Positions 25,647 to 34,775 of a stretch of 64,000 nucleotides of DNA are shown here, one piece after another (within the stretch, counting starts at the first letter, position 1; the number at the start of each line of letters is the position of its first letter). A program made the position numbers and the translations under genes. Location of the stretch: contig CAWKDB010000011.1 in NCBI GenBank assembly GCA_963848295.1, forward strand, positions 224,001 through 288,000, in the 5' to 3' direction. This DNA is from an uncultured delta proteobacterium (lineage in GTDB: Bacteria > Myxococcota_A > Polyangia > Haliangiales > Haliangiaceae). The notes beneath the pieces are model-generated. The model made no database searches. It was given only the letters and a program-made list of their open reading frames with translations, and was not told where the DNA came from.

Positions 25647-25784
25647 ATGGGACGCGGAGACAATCGTCGGACCTGGAAGATGCGGCGCAAGAAGCGCCAG
25701 ACCAAGCTGAAGGCGCGCACGAAGCGGCACATCGCCGTGGGCAAAGCCGCGAAGAAGCCACCCGAGAAGAAGAAGAAGGGTTAG
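25647..25784 (+). CDS. 45-aa highly basic small protein (Thx/mS38-like ribosomal candidate)
   Basis: AAGGAG RBS at 25635-25640; [48 protein letters not shown]-biased Lys codons. Confidence 0.75.
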   Translation: MGRGDNRRTWKMRRKKRQTKLKARTKRHIAVGKAAKKPPEKKKKG

Positions 25785-25831
25785 CGCTCCGCCGCTCGCG
25801 AGAGTCCGCGGTCCGGGCTACGCTCCGCGCA

Positions 25832-26308
25832 GTGACGCCCGAGCAGACTCGCTGCGTGATGACGCAGATCGTGATGCCGATGCACACCAACGGTGCCGCC
25901 GGCGTCATGTTCGGCGGGATCATGATGCAGTGGATCGACGTGTGCGCCGCGATCTCCGCGATGCGCCACGCGAGCGGCCAGGTGCTCACCGCCGCGATCG
26001 ATCGCCTCGACTTCTTGTCGCCGGTCCATGTCGGCGAGGTCGTCGTGCTGCAAGCGCAGGTCAACTACACCTCGAAGACCTCGATGGAGGTCGGCTGTCG
26101 CGTCGAGACAGAGGACATGCGGTCTGCGACCCGGCGTTACGTCACGAAGGCGTACTTGACGTTCGTGGCGACCGACGAGATCGGCCGGCCGCGCAAGATC
26201 CCCGCGATCACGCTCGCGAGCGACGAGGATCGCCGGCGCCACGGCGAAGCGGAGGCCCGCCGGCGCGAACGCCTGCGCGCTGCCGGTCGGCTTGGAGACT
26301 CACCATGA
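25832..26308 (+). CDS. Acyl-CoA thioesterase (hotdog, YciA-like)
   Basis: [30 protein letters not shown] motifs. Confidence 0.9.
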   Translation: MTPEQTRCVMTQIVMPMHTNGAAGVMFGGIMMQWIDVCAAISAMRHASGQVLTAAIDRLDFLSPVHVGEVVVLQAQVNYTSKTSMEVGCRVETEDMRSATRRYVTKAYLTFVATDEIGRPRKIPAITLASDEDRRRHGEAEARRRERLRAAGRLGDSP

Positions 26309-27123
26309 TCGATCGCACCGCAATGCCCTCTGGCGACGCCGCCGGCGCGGCGCAAGCACGGACCGTCGACCGCAGCGACTGGGGCCGGCTGCGGTTGACC
26401 GGCGGCGATCGCCAGCGCTTTCTCCAAGGGTTGACGACGATCAACGTCGACGCGCTCGCCGACGGCGCCCATGGCTGGGGCGCGATCCTGTCGCCGAAGG
26501 GTCGCGTGCTCGCCGTGATCGACGTGGCACGCCAAGCGGACGCGTTCGTCGTGAGCTGCGAGCCGGCGATCGCGGACAAGACGCGCGCGCTGCTCGAACG
26601 CTACGCGGTGATGGACGAGGTCTCGTTCGAGCCCCTCGCCGGTCCCGCGCACCAGGCGTGGACCGACGCGCCCTCGGTGTGGACCGCGCCGATCATCGGC
26701 GCCGCAGGACCCGGTGCGCTCGGCGATGGCGATCCGGCGATCGACCGCCTGCGCATTCACGCCGGGTTCATGCGCTACGGGGTCGATGTCGACGAGGACC
26801 ACTTCCCGTTCGAGACCCCGCTCGTCGGCTTCCTCGACTACGGCAAGGGCTGTTACGTCGGCCAAGAACCGGTGTTTCGCGTCCACGCGCAAGGCAACGC
26901 CGCGCGCGCGCTGCGCGGGTTCGCGATCGAAGGTGCAGGCACGATCGCGGCCGGTACGCCGATCAAGCACGCGACGCGTGACAACGCCGGTGTCGTGACC
27001 TCGGCGATCGGCGACGGCGATCGCACGATCGCACTCGGCTACTTGCACCGCACGTGCTGGGACGTCGGAGGAACCGTCGAGATCGACGGGCGCACCGCGA
27101 TCGTCCAGGCGCTGCCGTGGTGA
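26305..27123 (+). CDS. YgfZ/GcvT-like folate-binding protein
   Basis: [24 protein letters not shown] motifs; ATGA overlap. Confidence 0.88.
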   Translation: MIDRTAMPSGDAAGAAQARTVDRSDWGRLRLTGGDRQRFLQGLTTINVDALADGAHGWGAILSPKGRVLAVIDVARQADAFVVSCEPAIADKTRALLERYAVMDEVSFEPLAGPAHQAWTDAPSVWTAPIIGAAGPGALGDGDPAIDRLRIHAGFMRYGVDVDEDHFPFETPLVGFLDYGKGCYVGQEPVFRVHAQGNAARALRGFAIEGAGTIAAGTPIKHATRDNAGVVTSAIGDGDRTIALGYLHRTCWDVGGTVEIDGRTAIVQALPW

Positions 27124-28403
27124 GACTGGCGGTGCTGGCGTTGCTCGCCGGCTGCAGCTACCTGACGAGCAGCTTCGTCGACAACGATTTCTCCGGCGAC
27201 TCGTTTCCGATCGCGGTCGACACCTCGAGCGGCGCGCTGATGATCGGTGTGCGCACCGATGGCGCGGCGGATCGCATCGGCGTGCTCGACGTGCTGTCGC
27301 CGATCACGGTGTTCGACAACGGGATCGATGCCACGCCGTCGATCTCGAATCCCGATCGCGTCACGCTGCTCGGCGAGGACGCCTCGGGAGCGCTCACCAT
27401 CCCGCGCGCGTCGCTGCAACAACCGCAAGTGGTCTCGTTGCATCCGTGCGCGGCGGATGACTGCGTGGTCGGAACGCCGTCCGCGCCGGTCGAGTTCGGC
27501 GCGCTGATCGGAGATGACGCGTTCGGCGGGGACGCGCTGCGCCTGCACCTGGCCGAGAGCCAGATCTTCGTCCTGCCGGACATCGCCGGCGACTCCGAGC
27601 ACCGCTCGTACGCGTGCGACGGCGTGTTCGGCGGCGACTCGAGCACGACCCCGTTTCGCGGCGGCGGTACGCTCGTGCTCGGCGGCACCGAGGTCGACTT
27701 CACGAACTGGCGGATCACGATCGACGCCTGTCTGTCGCCGAACCCGAGCGCAGCGCTGCAGAGCGATCGCGGCACCGACGTGCTGCTCGTCGCGTCGACC
27801 GCGCTCGGCGTATCGCTGCTCGACGAATCCGCGTACGCGCGCTACCTCGAGAGTCATCCGACCGCGCCACCGCTCGACACGCTGCCGATGGACTCGGTCA
27901 ACCTGCCGTCCGGTCCGGTGACCGGACATCGCACGTCGATCTCGACGCTCGCACTGGTCGCGAACTCGTCGAGCGAGCCGCGCTCGCCATGCCGCCAGGT
28001 CTACGCGCACCACCTGCTCGAGCTCCGTGACTGCAAGCCCAGCGATGACTGCCCGTGCACGGTCAACGACCCCGACGACAACCACCACTTCTGCACCGTG
28101 CCCGCGATCACCGAGATCGGCCCCGCCGCCGGCATCGACTTTCTGATCATCCCGGACGACGATCCGACGCTTCAAGCGCTGACCACCGAGCTCGAGCCCG
28201 ATCAGCCGATCGTCGACGGCATCCTCGCGAACGGGGCAATTCACGACACCGACGTCGATATCGATTACCAGCACGATCGCCTGCTGATGCGCTGCGCGGA
28301 CCCCTCGGCGCCGACCTGCAAGATCCGGCCGGAGATCGTGCGCGCCGCGGATCGCGTCGAGGTCAACGCCTGCATCGGCCATACGCCCGGCCCCGTACGC
28401 TAG
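27120..28403 (+). CDS. Lipoprotein with aspartyl-protease-like two-lobe pattern
   Basis: Lipobox LAGC; GVLDVLSP / ALIGDD and VASTA / DGILA..VDIDY motifs. Confidence 0.6.
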   Translation: MRLAVLALLAGCSYLTSSFVDNDFSGDSFPIAVDTSSGALMIGVRTDGAADRIGVLDVLSPITVFDNGIDATPSISNPDRVTLLGEDASGALTIPRASLQQPQVVSLHPCAADDCVVGTPSAPVEFGALIGDDAFGGDALRLHLAESQIFVLPDIAGDSEHRSYACDGVFGGDSSTTPFRGGGTLVLGGTEVDFTNWRITIDACLSPNPSAALQSDRGTDVLLVASTALGVSLLDESAYARYLESHPTAPPLDTLPMDSVNLPSGPVTGHRTSISTLALVANSSSEPRSPCRQVYAHHLLELRDCKPSDDCPCTVNDPDDNHHFCTVPAITEIGPAAGIDFLIIPDDDPTLQALTTELEPDQPIVDGILANGAIHDTDVDIDYQHDRLLMRCADPSAPTCKIRPEIVRAADRVEVNACIGHTPGPVR

Positions 28404-28500
28404 GAGCGACTCGAGGGCATCACCGAGACCGCGGTGCCCGGTGAGAGGCTGACAGCCGGCTTCGGTCGACACGCCGGCGCCGCGGAGGTCTGCTGCCGCG

Positions 28501-29697
28501 ATGCTGAACGCTCGAACCGTCGCGCTCGCCGTCCTCGTCGCGGGCTGCGGTGACAACCTCGCCACCCCTCCCGATGCCGCCAGCCCGGACGCCCCGATGG
28601 CCGACGCGCCGTGGGCACCTGCCGCGCACTACGCGCAGCCACAGGGTACGACGCTCGGTGGGCCGACGCTATCGGCGCCGAACGTCGTCCCGATCTTCTT
28701 CACCGGCGACAGCGACATGCAGGGCCAGATCGAGCGCTTCCTCGCTGCCCTACCCGGCTCGCCATACTGGAGCGCGACGACGAGCGAATACGCGGTCGGC
28801 GACATCACGATCCAGCCGAGCATCGTGTCGAGCGACCCACCGCCGACGACCGACGACGCGTTGCAGGCGTGGATCGTCCAGAACAGCGATGGCCTGCACG
28901 ACTGGCCGGCGAACACGCCGAACACGATCTACACGGTGTTCTTGCCCGATGGCGTGACGCTCTCGACGCCGTTCGGCGCCAGCTGCTCGTCCTTCGGCGG
29001 GTACCACGACGAGACCCAGGTCGGCGCGGTGGTCTACGCGCTGCTGCCGCGCTGTCGTGCGGGCGTGCTCGACTCGATCACGCCGGCGATCAGCCACGAG
29101 CTGGTCGAGGCGTCGACCGATCCATTTCCCGAGACGATGGGAGCGTATCAAGACACCGATGCGGCGCACGCGATCTGGAGCCTGATCCCGGGCGGCGAGC
29201 TCGGCGACATGTGCGAGTTCGTCGACAGCGCGTTCGATCGTTCCCTCGGCAGCTACCTCGTGCAACGCACCTGGTCGAACGCGGCCGCGGCCGCCGGCCA
29301 TGACCCGTGCGTGCCGCAAGACCCCGCGACGGCGTATCGCGGCGCGGTGCCGCTGCTCACCGATCACCTGCCGTTCTTCGATGAAGTCGGCAACTCGGTG
29401 ACGACCGACGGCGTCGCGGTCGCGACCGGGACATCGCGGACCGTCGAGGTCGATCTATTTTCCGATCTGCCCACCGACCTGTGGCAGGTCGAGGCGATCG
29501 ATGTGGCTTCGATGTTCGAGGGCAGCGCGGCCGAGCTGCAACTGTCGCTCGATCACAACGCCGGCAAGAACGGCGACAAGCTGCAGCTGACGATCCACCG
29601 GATCAAGGCTGGCCAGGAGGGCGGCAGCGTCGCGCTGATCGAGTCGTTCATCGGTGGCAACACGGTGAGCGAATACTGGGTGTGGGTGAGTAACTAG
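28501..29697 (+). CDS. Lipoprotein, PHI-1/EXORDIUM-like hypothetical
   Basis: Lipobox VAGC; GGYH, SHELVEASTDP, GELGDMC, YLVQRTWSN motifs. Confidence 0.6.
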   Translation: MLNARTVALAVLVAGCGDNLATPPDAASPDAPMADAPWAPAAHYAQPQGTTLGGPTLSAPNVVPIFFTGDSDMQGQIERFLAALPGSPYWSATTSEYAVGDITIQPSIVSSDPPPTTDDALQAWIVQNSDGLHDWPANTPNTIYTVFLPDGVTLSTPFGASCSSFGGYHDETQVGAVVYALLPRCRAGVLDSITPAISHELVEASTDPFPETMGAYQDTDAAHAIWSLIPGGELGDMCEFVDSAFDRSLGSYLVQRTWSNAAAAAGHDPCVPQDPATAYRGAVPLLTDHLPFFDEVGNSVTTDGVAVATGTSRTVEVDLFSDLPTDLWQVEAIDVASMFEGSAAELQLSLDHNAGKNGDKLQLTIHRIKAGQEGGSVALIESFIGGNTVSEYWVWVSN

Positions 29698-29699
29698 AC

Positions 29700-30383
29700 T
29701 CAGTCGCTGAGCACGTCGGCGGGCGTGCCGGTCTTGACGATGCCGCCGCGCTCGATCCGCACGACGCGATCGGCGAGCACCTTTGCCTCGCGCTCGGAGT
29801 GCGTGACGTAGATGACCGGGACCGCGAGCTCGGCCGCGAGATCCTTGACGAGCGCGGCGAGCTGGCCCCGCAGGTCGCGATCGAGTGCCGAGAGCGGCTC
29901 GTCGAGCAGCATCAGCTTCGGCGACCGAGCAATCGCGCGAGCGAGTGCGACGCGCTGCGCTTCGCCACCCGACAGCGTGCCCGGCTTGCGATCGGCGAGC
30001 TGGGCCGTGCCGACGCGCTCGAGCAGCGCCCTCGCCTTCTGAGACCGCGCCGCTCGGGGCAGCTCCGCCATGCCGTACTCGACGTTCTCCGAGGCCGTGA
30101 GGTGCGGAAATAGCGCGAGTCCCTGGAACACGAACGCGAGCGGCCGCGCGTGGACGGGCACGTCGATCTTGCGAGCCGCATCGAACCACAGCTCGTCGCC
30201 GAGCGCGATCCGTCCGCGATCCGGCCGGAGGAGGCCCGCGAGCAACGCGAGCAGCGTGCTCTTGCCTGCGCCCGACGGGCCCATGATGCACGTGATGCCC
30301 GGGGGACACGTGAGCTCGAGATCGAGCACGAACCCGTCGGTGCGCGCGAGTGCGACGGTGGCCGTCAACGCCGCGCTAGCCAC
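29700..30383 (-). CDS. modC: Molybdate ABC transporter ATP-binding subunit
   Basis: GPSGAGKS, LSGGEAQRV, LLDEP; follows modB. Confidence 0.85.
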   Translation of the reverse strand: MASAALTATVALARTDGFVLDLELTCPPGITCIMGPSGAGKSTLLALLAGLLRPDRGRIALGDELWFDAARKIDVPVHARPLAFVFQGLALFPHLTASENVEYGMAELPRAARSQKARALLERVGTAQLADRKPGTLSGGEAQRVALARAIARSPKLMLLDEPLSALDRDLRGQLAALVKDLAAELAVPVIYVTHSEREAKVLADRVVRIERGGIVKTGTPADVLSD

Positions 30384-31059
30384 GGCGATGCAGCCGCCTC
30401 GTCATGCGGTTCGCGAGGTAGAGCAGCAGCACGCCGACGACCGTCATCGCGATCGCCATCGTGAACGCGTTGTGCTCGTGATGCGGCGTGATGTATTCGC
30501 CGTAGACATAGATCGAAGCGGTGCTCGCGTCGTGGATGCCGACGCCATCGACGCGCGAGCCCGCGACCATCATCGTGATGCCGTAGTCGCCGAGCGAGCG
30601 CGCGAACCCGAGCATCGCCCCGGCGACGATCCCCGGCGCGGCGAGCGGCAACGTGATCGTCATCAACACCCGGCCCGGCGCGGCACCGAGCGTGCGAGCC
30701 GCGGCGACGAGCTTGCCGTCGACCGCGTCGAGCCCGACCCGGATCGCGCGCACGACCAGCGGCAACGAGCCGACGGTCGCCGCGATCACCGCACCGGTGA
30801 ACGTGAACGCGATCGGCTCGCCGAACACGCTCTCCCACGCGCGACCGACGGCGCTATCCGGCCCGAGCGACACGAGCAAGTAATAGCCGAGCACGGTCGG
30901 CGGCAAGACGAGCGGCGCCGACACGATCGCATCGAGCAAGTGCCGGCCTGGCAGCTTCGGCGAACCGAGCGCGAGCGCGAGCACGGTGCCGAGCACGACC
31001 GCGACGATCGTCGCGATCGTCGCGATCTGCAGCGAGAGTGCGAGGGGCGCCCAGGTCAA
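30376..31059 (-). CDS. modB: Molybdate ABC transporter permease
   Basis: PLVLPPTVLGYYLL, AARTLGA, FARSLGDYG motifs. Confidence 0.9.
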   Translation of the reverse strand: MTWAPLALSLQIATIATIVAVVLGTVLALALGSPKLPGRHLLDAIVSAPLVLPPTVLGYYLLVSLGPDSAVGRAWESVFGEPIAFTFTGAVIAATVGSLPLVVRAIRVGLDAVDGKLVAAARTLGAAPGRVLMTITLPLAAPGIVAGAMLGFARSLGDYGITMMVAGSRVDGVGIHDASTASIYVYGEYITPHHEHNAFTMAIAMTVVGVLLLYLANRMTRRLHRRG

Positions 31060-31068
31060 AGGTGACGT

Positions 31069-31884
31069 CTACTCGATCGCGGGATTCTTCGGGATCCGCA
31101 CGACGAAGACCGCGCCGAGGTCGCCGCGGGTCTCGACGTGGATCGTGCCGCCGTGCGCTTCGATCGCGAGCTTGCAGAAGTAGAGGCCGAGGCCGCGATT
31201 CGCGCGCGCCGAAGCGCGCCGGCGCTCGACCTGGAAGTAGCGGCCGAAGATCCGATCGCGCTCCGCTTCGGGGACCGGCGGACCGTTGTTGCCGATCGCG
31301 ACCTCGAGCGAGGCGCCCGCGACGCTCGCAGCTTGCCCTCGAACGTCAGCGCTCCCGGGTGGCGGTGCGGGTGTGATGAACCGCGCGCCGATCGCACACC
31401 GGCCACCGCGCGGCGCGTAGCGCGTCGCATTGTCCAACAGATTTTCGATCACGCGGCCGAACAGCTCGCGATCGACGTTGACCAGCATGTCGGGGTCGAC
31501 CTCGACGTCGCAACCGAGCTGGCGGACCTCGAAGTGTGGGCGGGCGCCGGCGCGAGCGCGATCGACCAGCTCGATCAGTCGGACCGGCTGGATGTTCGCG
31601 TGCAAGATGCCGTCCTCGAGCTCGTCGACATCGAGGATCGTCGAGACCAGGCCGAGCGCCTTGCCGAGCAGCGTCGTCGCGTCGTCGATGTAGCCGTTCG
31701 CCTGCTTGGCGTCGGGATAGCTCGAGATCTCCTCGCGGAGCAGCTCGAGGTAGCCCTGGATCGCCGACAACGGGCTGCGCAGATCGTGGACGACGAGCGC
31801 GGCGAGCACGCGCTTCTTCTCGCGCAGCTCGCGCGCCGAGTCGCTCTCGTCCTGCGTATCCGCGCGCTTGACGCCAGCGGTCAC
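31069..31884 (-). CDS. Cytoplasmic sensor-less histidine kinase
   Basis: H-box VHDLRSPL, N-box NLLDNA, G-box GLGL; no TM or sensor domain. Confidence 0.88.
   Translation of the reverse strand: MTAGVKRADTQDESDSARELREKKRVLAALVVHDLRSPLSAIQGYLELLREEISSYPDAKQANGYIDDATTLLGKALGLVSTILDVDELEDGILHANIQPVRLIELVDRARAGARPHFEVRQLGCDVEVDPDMLVNVDRELFGRVIENLLDNATRYAPRGGRCAIGARFITPAPPPGSADVRGQAASVAGASLEVAIGNNGPPVPEAERDRIFGRYFQVERRRASARANRGLGLYFCKLAIEAHGGTIHVETRGDLGAVFVVRIPKNPAIE
31320..31370 (+). repeat. Double-hairpin element copy 3, antisense within histidine kinase CDS
   Basis: 38/51 ungapped identities to 10706-10756; read in the kinase frame as PAPPPGSADVRGQAASV. Confidence 0.65.
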
Positions 31885-32769
31885 CTAGCCGACCACCTTG
31901 TTGCGGCCGCCTTCTTTCGCCGCGAACAGATTGGTATCGGCACTCTTGATGAACTCGAGGGCGTCCTCGACGTCGCCTTTGAGCGCGGCGACCCCGATAG
32001 ACACGGTCACCGGGATGACGGCGTCCTCGAACTTGAACTCCGCGACCTCGACGAGCTTGCGGATCTTCTCGGCGAACTGCACCGCGTTGTAGCCGTCGAT
32101 CTCGGGCAGGACGATCGCGAACTCCTCACCGCCGTAACGCGCGAGCACGTCTTCGCGGCGAATCCGCGTCTTGATCACCGAGGCGAGGTGCTTCAACACG
32201 TGATCGCCGGCGAGGTGGCCGAAGCTGTCGTTCACGCCCTTGAACCGGTCGATATCGAACATGATCAGCGACAGGTCGCGGCGATAGCGCAGCGCGCGGC
32301 CGATCTCGCGCTCGAGGGTCTCGACGAAGTAGCGCCGGTTGAACACCTGGGTGAGGCCATCGACCGTGGTCAGCCGATAGATCTCCTCGTGGTACGCGTT
32401 CTCGATGTTGTTGCCGCTGAGGAACTTGAAGATGCAGCGGCCGACCTTGATGAAGTCGCCGTCGCGCAACACGTATTCGTCGATCATCTCGTCGTTGACG
32501 TAGGTGCCGTTCGTCGACCCCATGTCGCGCAACATGATCGCGTTGCCGGTGTTGATGATCTTGCAGTGGTTGCGCGAGACCGCTTCCTGATCGATCTGGA
32601 TATCGGCCTTGCTCGACCGGCCGATGATGATCTGGGGCCGGTTGAGGTTGAACTTCTTGCCGAGCTCCAGGCCGTAGATCACGACGAGGCACGCCTCTTT
32701 GGCGACGGGGCGGTCGCTGATCTTGGAGATCGCGGTGACGACGGTCTTGTTGCGCCCGGTATCGCTCAC
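31885..32769 (-). CDS. FHA-domain diguanylate cyclase
   Basis: FHA motifs (IGR, VSRNH, GSTNGT) plus GGEEF domain with RxxD (RRED) I-site. Confidence 0.93.
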   Translation of the reverse strand: MSDTGRNKTVVTAISKISDRPVAKEACLVVIYGLELGKKFNLNRPQIIIGRSSKADIQIDQEAVSRNHCKIINTGNAIMLRDMGSTNGTYVNDEMIDEYVLRDGDFIKVGRCIFKFLSGNNIENAYHEEIYRLTTVDGLTQVFNRRYFVETLEREIGRALRYRRDLSLIMFDIDRFKGVNDSFGHLAGDHVLKHLASVIKTRIRREDVLARYGGEEFAIVLPEIDGYNAVQFAEKIRKLVEVAEFKFEDAVIPVTVSIGVAALKGDVEDALEFIKSADTNLFAAKEGGRNKVVG

Positions 32770-32799
32770 CCGCAGACGATCCTATCAGAAACCACGGAG

Positions 32800-33306
32800 T
32801 TAGCGATCTCCGTCCGCGCAAACGAGGCGATCGTCGGCCGCGCGCTTACACAACAGCACGTCGACGATCTGATAACCCCCGCGCGTGAAGCGGTACGACT
32901 GCAACAGCATGCGCCCGCCGTGTAGGTTCCAGTAGCCACGGACATCGCTCATGTTGTCATCGCCCTTGCTGGCGAGCGGCTCGAGCGCGGCCGCGGCGAA
33001 GGTCCCGGCGTAGCGCGCGCACTCGCCGGCAGCGTGAGGCGTCGTGAACACATTCCAGTAGCAGTTGCCGTCGCTGGCGCACATCGCGCGGTCCACGACG
33101 ATCACCTCCGCGAGGCCGTCGCCGTCGAGATCGCGATCGGCGTGCTCGAGCTCGGGCCGCGCCGAAATCACGCCATCGCGGGTTGGCGTGGCGCACGAGC
33201 CGACCTGAACCGACGGGGTCGGAAACGTCCGGGTGGTCGTACCCGTGCCTGCGTGGACGCACGCGCCGAGCGCGAACAACGCGCACGACCGCGCGAGCCT
33301 CTGCAT
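32800..33306 (-). CDS. Cys-rich lipoprotein
   Basis: Lipobox LGAC; DLDGDG Ca-binding-like loop. Confidence 0.7.
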   Translation of the reverse strand: MQRLARSCALFALGACVHAGTGTTTRTFPTPSVQVGSCATPTRDGVISARPELEHADRDLDGDGLAEVIVVDRAMCASDGNCYWNVFTTPHAAGECARYAGTFAAAALEPLASKGDDNMSDVRGYWNLHGGRMLLQSYRFTRGGYQIVDVLLCKRAADDRLVCADGDR

Positions 33307-33356
33307 CGCGGTGAACCTACCTCGAAACGCTTGAAGATTCTTGTACTCGCGCGCGG

Positions 33357-34745
33357 ATGACGCTACATCCCATGGGCGTGAGGTACTACGCGTTGCTCGC
33401 CGGTGGAGCGCTGATCGCGGGGGCCGGCCTCGTGATCAGCTCGGGCGCGGGCCCAGGCCCGGCGGCGAAGATCAGCGACACCGCGATCGATCGCGCGCGG
33501 GAGACCGCGACGTTCGAGCGACTCGGGGATCCTGCACCGACCACGAGCGCGGGGGATCCGAAGGCCGGATCGCCGACGCCTGCGACGATCGAGATCGACC
33601 TCGAGAAGATGAGTCGGGACGGCGATCACTATGTCGCGCCCGCGGGAGACGGCCGGACCGCGATCCTGACGCTCGATCCCGAATTGCAAACGACCGCCGA
33701 GAAGTTGCTCGCCGAAGCCAGGGCGCCGCGCGCCGCGATCGTGGCGATGGCACCGGACGGACGCATCCTCGCGCTCGCCGGCTGGCGCGGCAAGGAGCCC
33801 AAGGGCGGCAAGGCCGGCGTCGCCGATTGGCACCTCGCGACCGAGGCGTGGGCGCCCGCGGCGTCGGTGTTCAAGCTCGTCACCGCGAGCGCGCTCGTCG
33901 GCGGCGGCGTGAACCCCGATGACAAGATCTGCTACCACGGTGGGATCCGGTCGATCGTCGAGTCGAACCTGCGCGACGACAAGCGCGACAACGCGTGCAA
34001 CAGCCTGACGTTCGGCGTCGCGCATTCGAACAACGCGATCCTCGGCAAGCTCGCATACCAGCACCTCGAGCCGGCCGCGCTCGATCAGCTCGCGCATCAG
34101 ATGCTGGCGCCGCCGCCCGCGACGCTGGGCTTTGCCGCGACCAGCGCCGAGCTCACCTTGCCCGCGCAGAAAGACCTCACGTTCGCGCAGGCGGCCGCGG
34201 GCTTCAACGGCGTGAAGCTGTCCGCGCTCGGCGGTGCGCTGCTCGCCGCGACCTTCGCCGATGACGGCGAGCAACCCGAGCCGCGGATCATCGACTCGAT
34301 CGTCGACGGTCGGGGCGTGCACCCGGCCGGCGGCGCCGCCGAAGGGCGACGCGACGGGATCGATGCGACCGGCTCGCACGCGCAGAGCTCGGCGCCGGCC
34401 CACCACCTGCTCGCGTCCGACGTCGCGAAGGCGGTCGGCAAGATGATGGTCGGCACGTGCGACTTCGGAAGCGCCGCGCGGTCGTTTCGGCGCGCCGCGG
34501 TCAAGGTCGCCGGCAAGACCGGGACGCTGACCACGACCCAGCCGTTCTACATGGAGAACTCGTGGTTCGTCGGCTACGCGCCTGCGGACAAGCCAGAGAT
34601 CATCGTGTCGGTCGTGCTCGGCAATCCCGAGAACTGGCACCTACGCGGCCGCGAGGCCGCGAAGCGCTTGCTGGATCATGCCGTTCGTCGTGCGGAACGC
34701 GACACCGAGTCCGTGGCCGGCAAGCCGCTGCCGTCGAATCAATGA
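33357..34745 (+). CDS. Penicillin-binding transpeptidase domain protein
   Basis: TM anchor, LTLD..LQ, SxxK (SVFK), SxN (SNN), KTG. Start may be 33372. Confidence 0.88.
   Translation: MTLHPMGVRYYALLAGGALIAGAGLVISSGAGPGPAAKISDTAIDRARETATFERLGDPAPTTSAGDPKAGSPTPATIEIDLEKMSRDGDHYVAPAGDGRTAILTLDPELQTTAEKLLAEARAPRAAIVAMAPDGRILALAGWRGKEPKGGKAGVADWHLATEAWAPAASVFKLVTASALVGGGVNPDDKICYHGGIRSIVESNLRDDKRDNACNSLTFGVAHSNNAILGKLAYQHLEPAALDQLAHQMLAPPPATLGFAATSAELTLPAQKDLTFAQAAAGFNGVKLSALGGALLAATFADDGEQPEPRIIDSIVDGRGVHPAGGAAEGRRDGIDATGSHAQSSAPAHHLLASDVAKAVGKMMVGTCDFGSAARSFRRAAVKVAGKTGTLTTTQPFYMENSWFVGYAPADKPEIIVSVVLGNPENWHLRGREAAKRLLDHAVRRAERDTESVAGKPLPSNQ
34303..34363 (+). repeat. Double-hairpin element copy 2, in-frame in PBP gene
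   Basis: GGTCGGG-GCGTGCA-CCCGGCC then GCGCCGCC-GAAG-GGCGACGC; encodes DGRGVHPAGGAAEGRRDGID. Confidence 0.75.
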
Positions 34746-34775
34746 TATATTTTTGGGGTCGTCCCGGGAGGAATC

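Noticed and set aside
26322..26355. Element-like sequence at the 5' end of the ygfZ-like gene
   Set aside because: Needs several gaps to align and is nearly all G/C, so it cannot be told from chance by eye.
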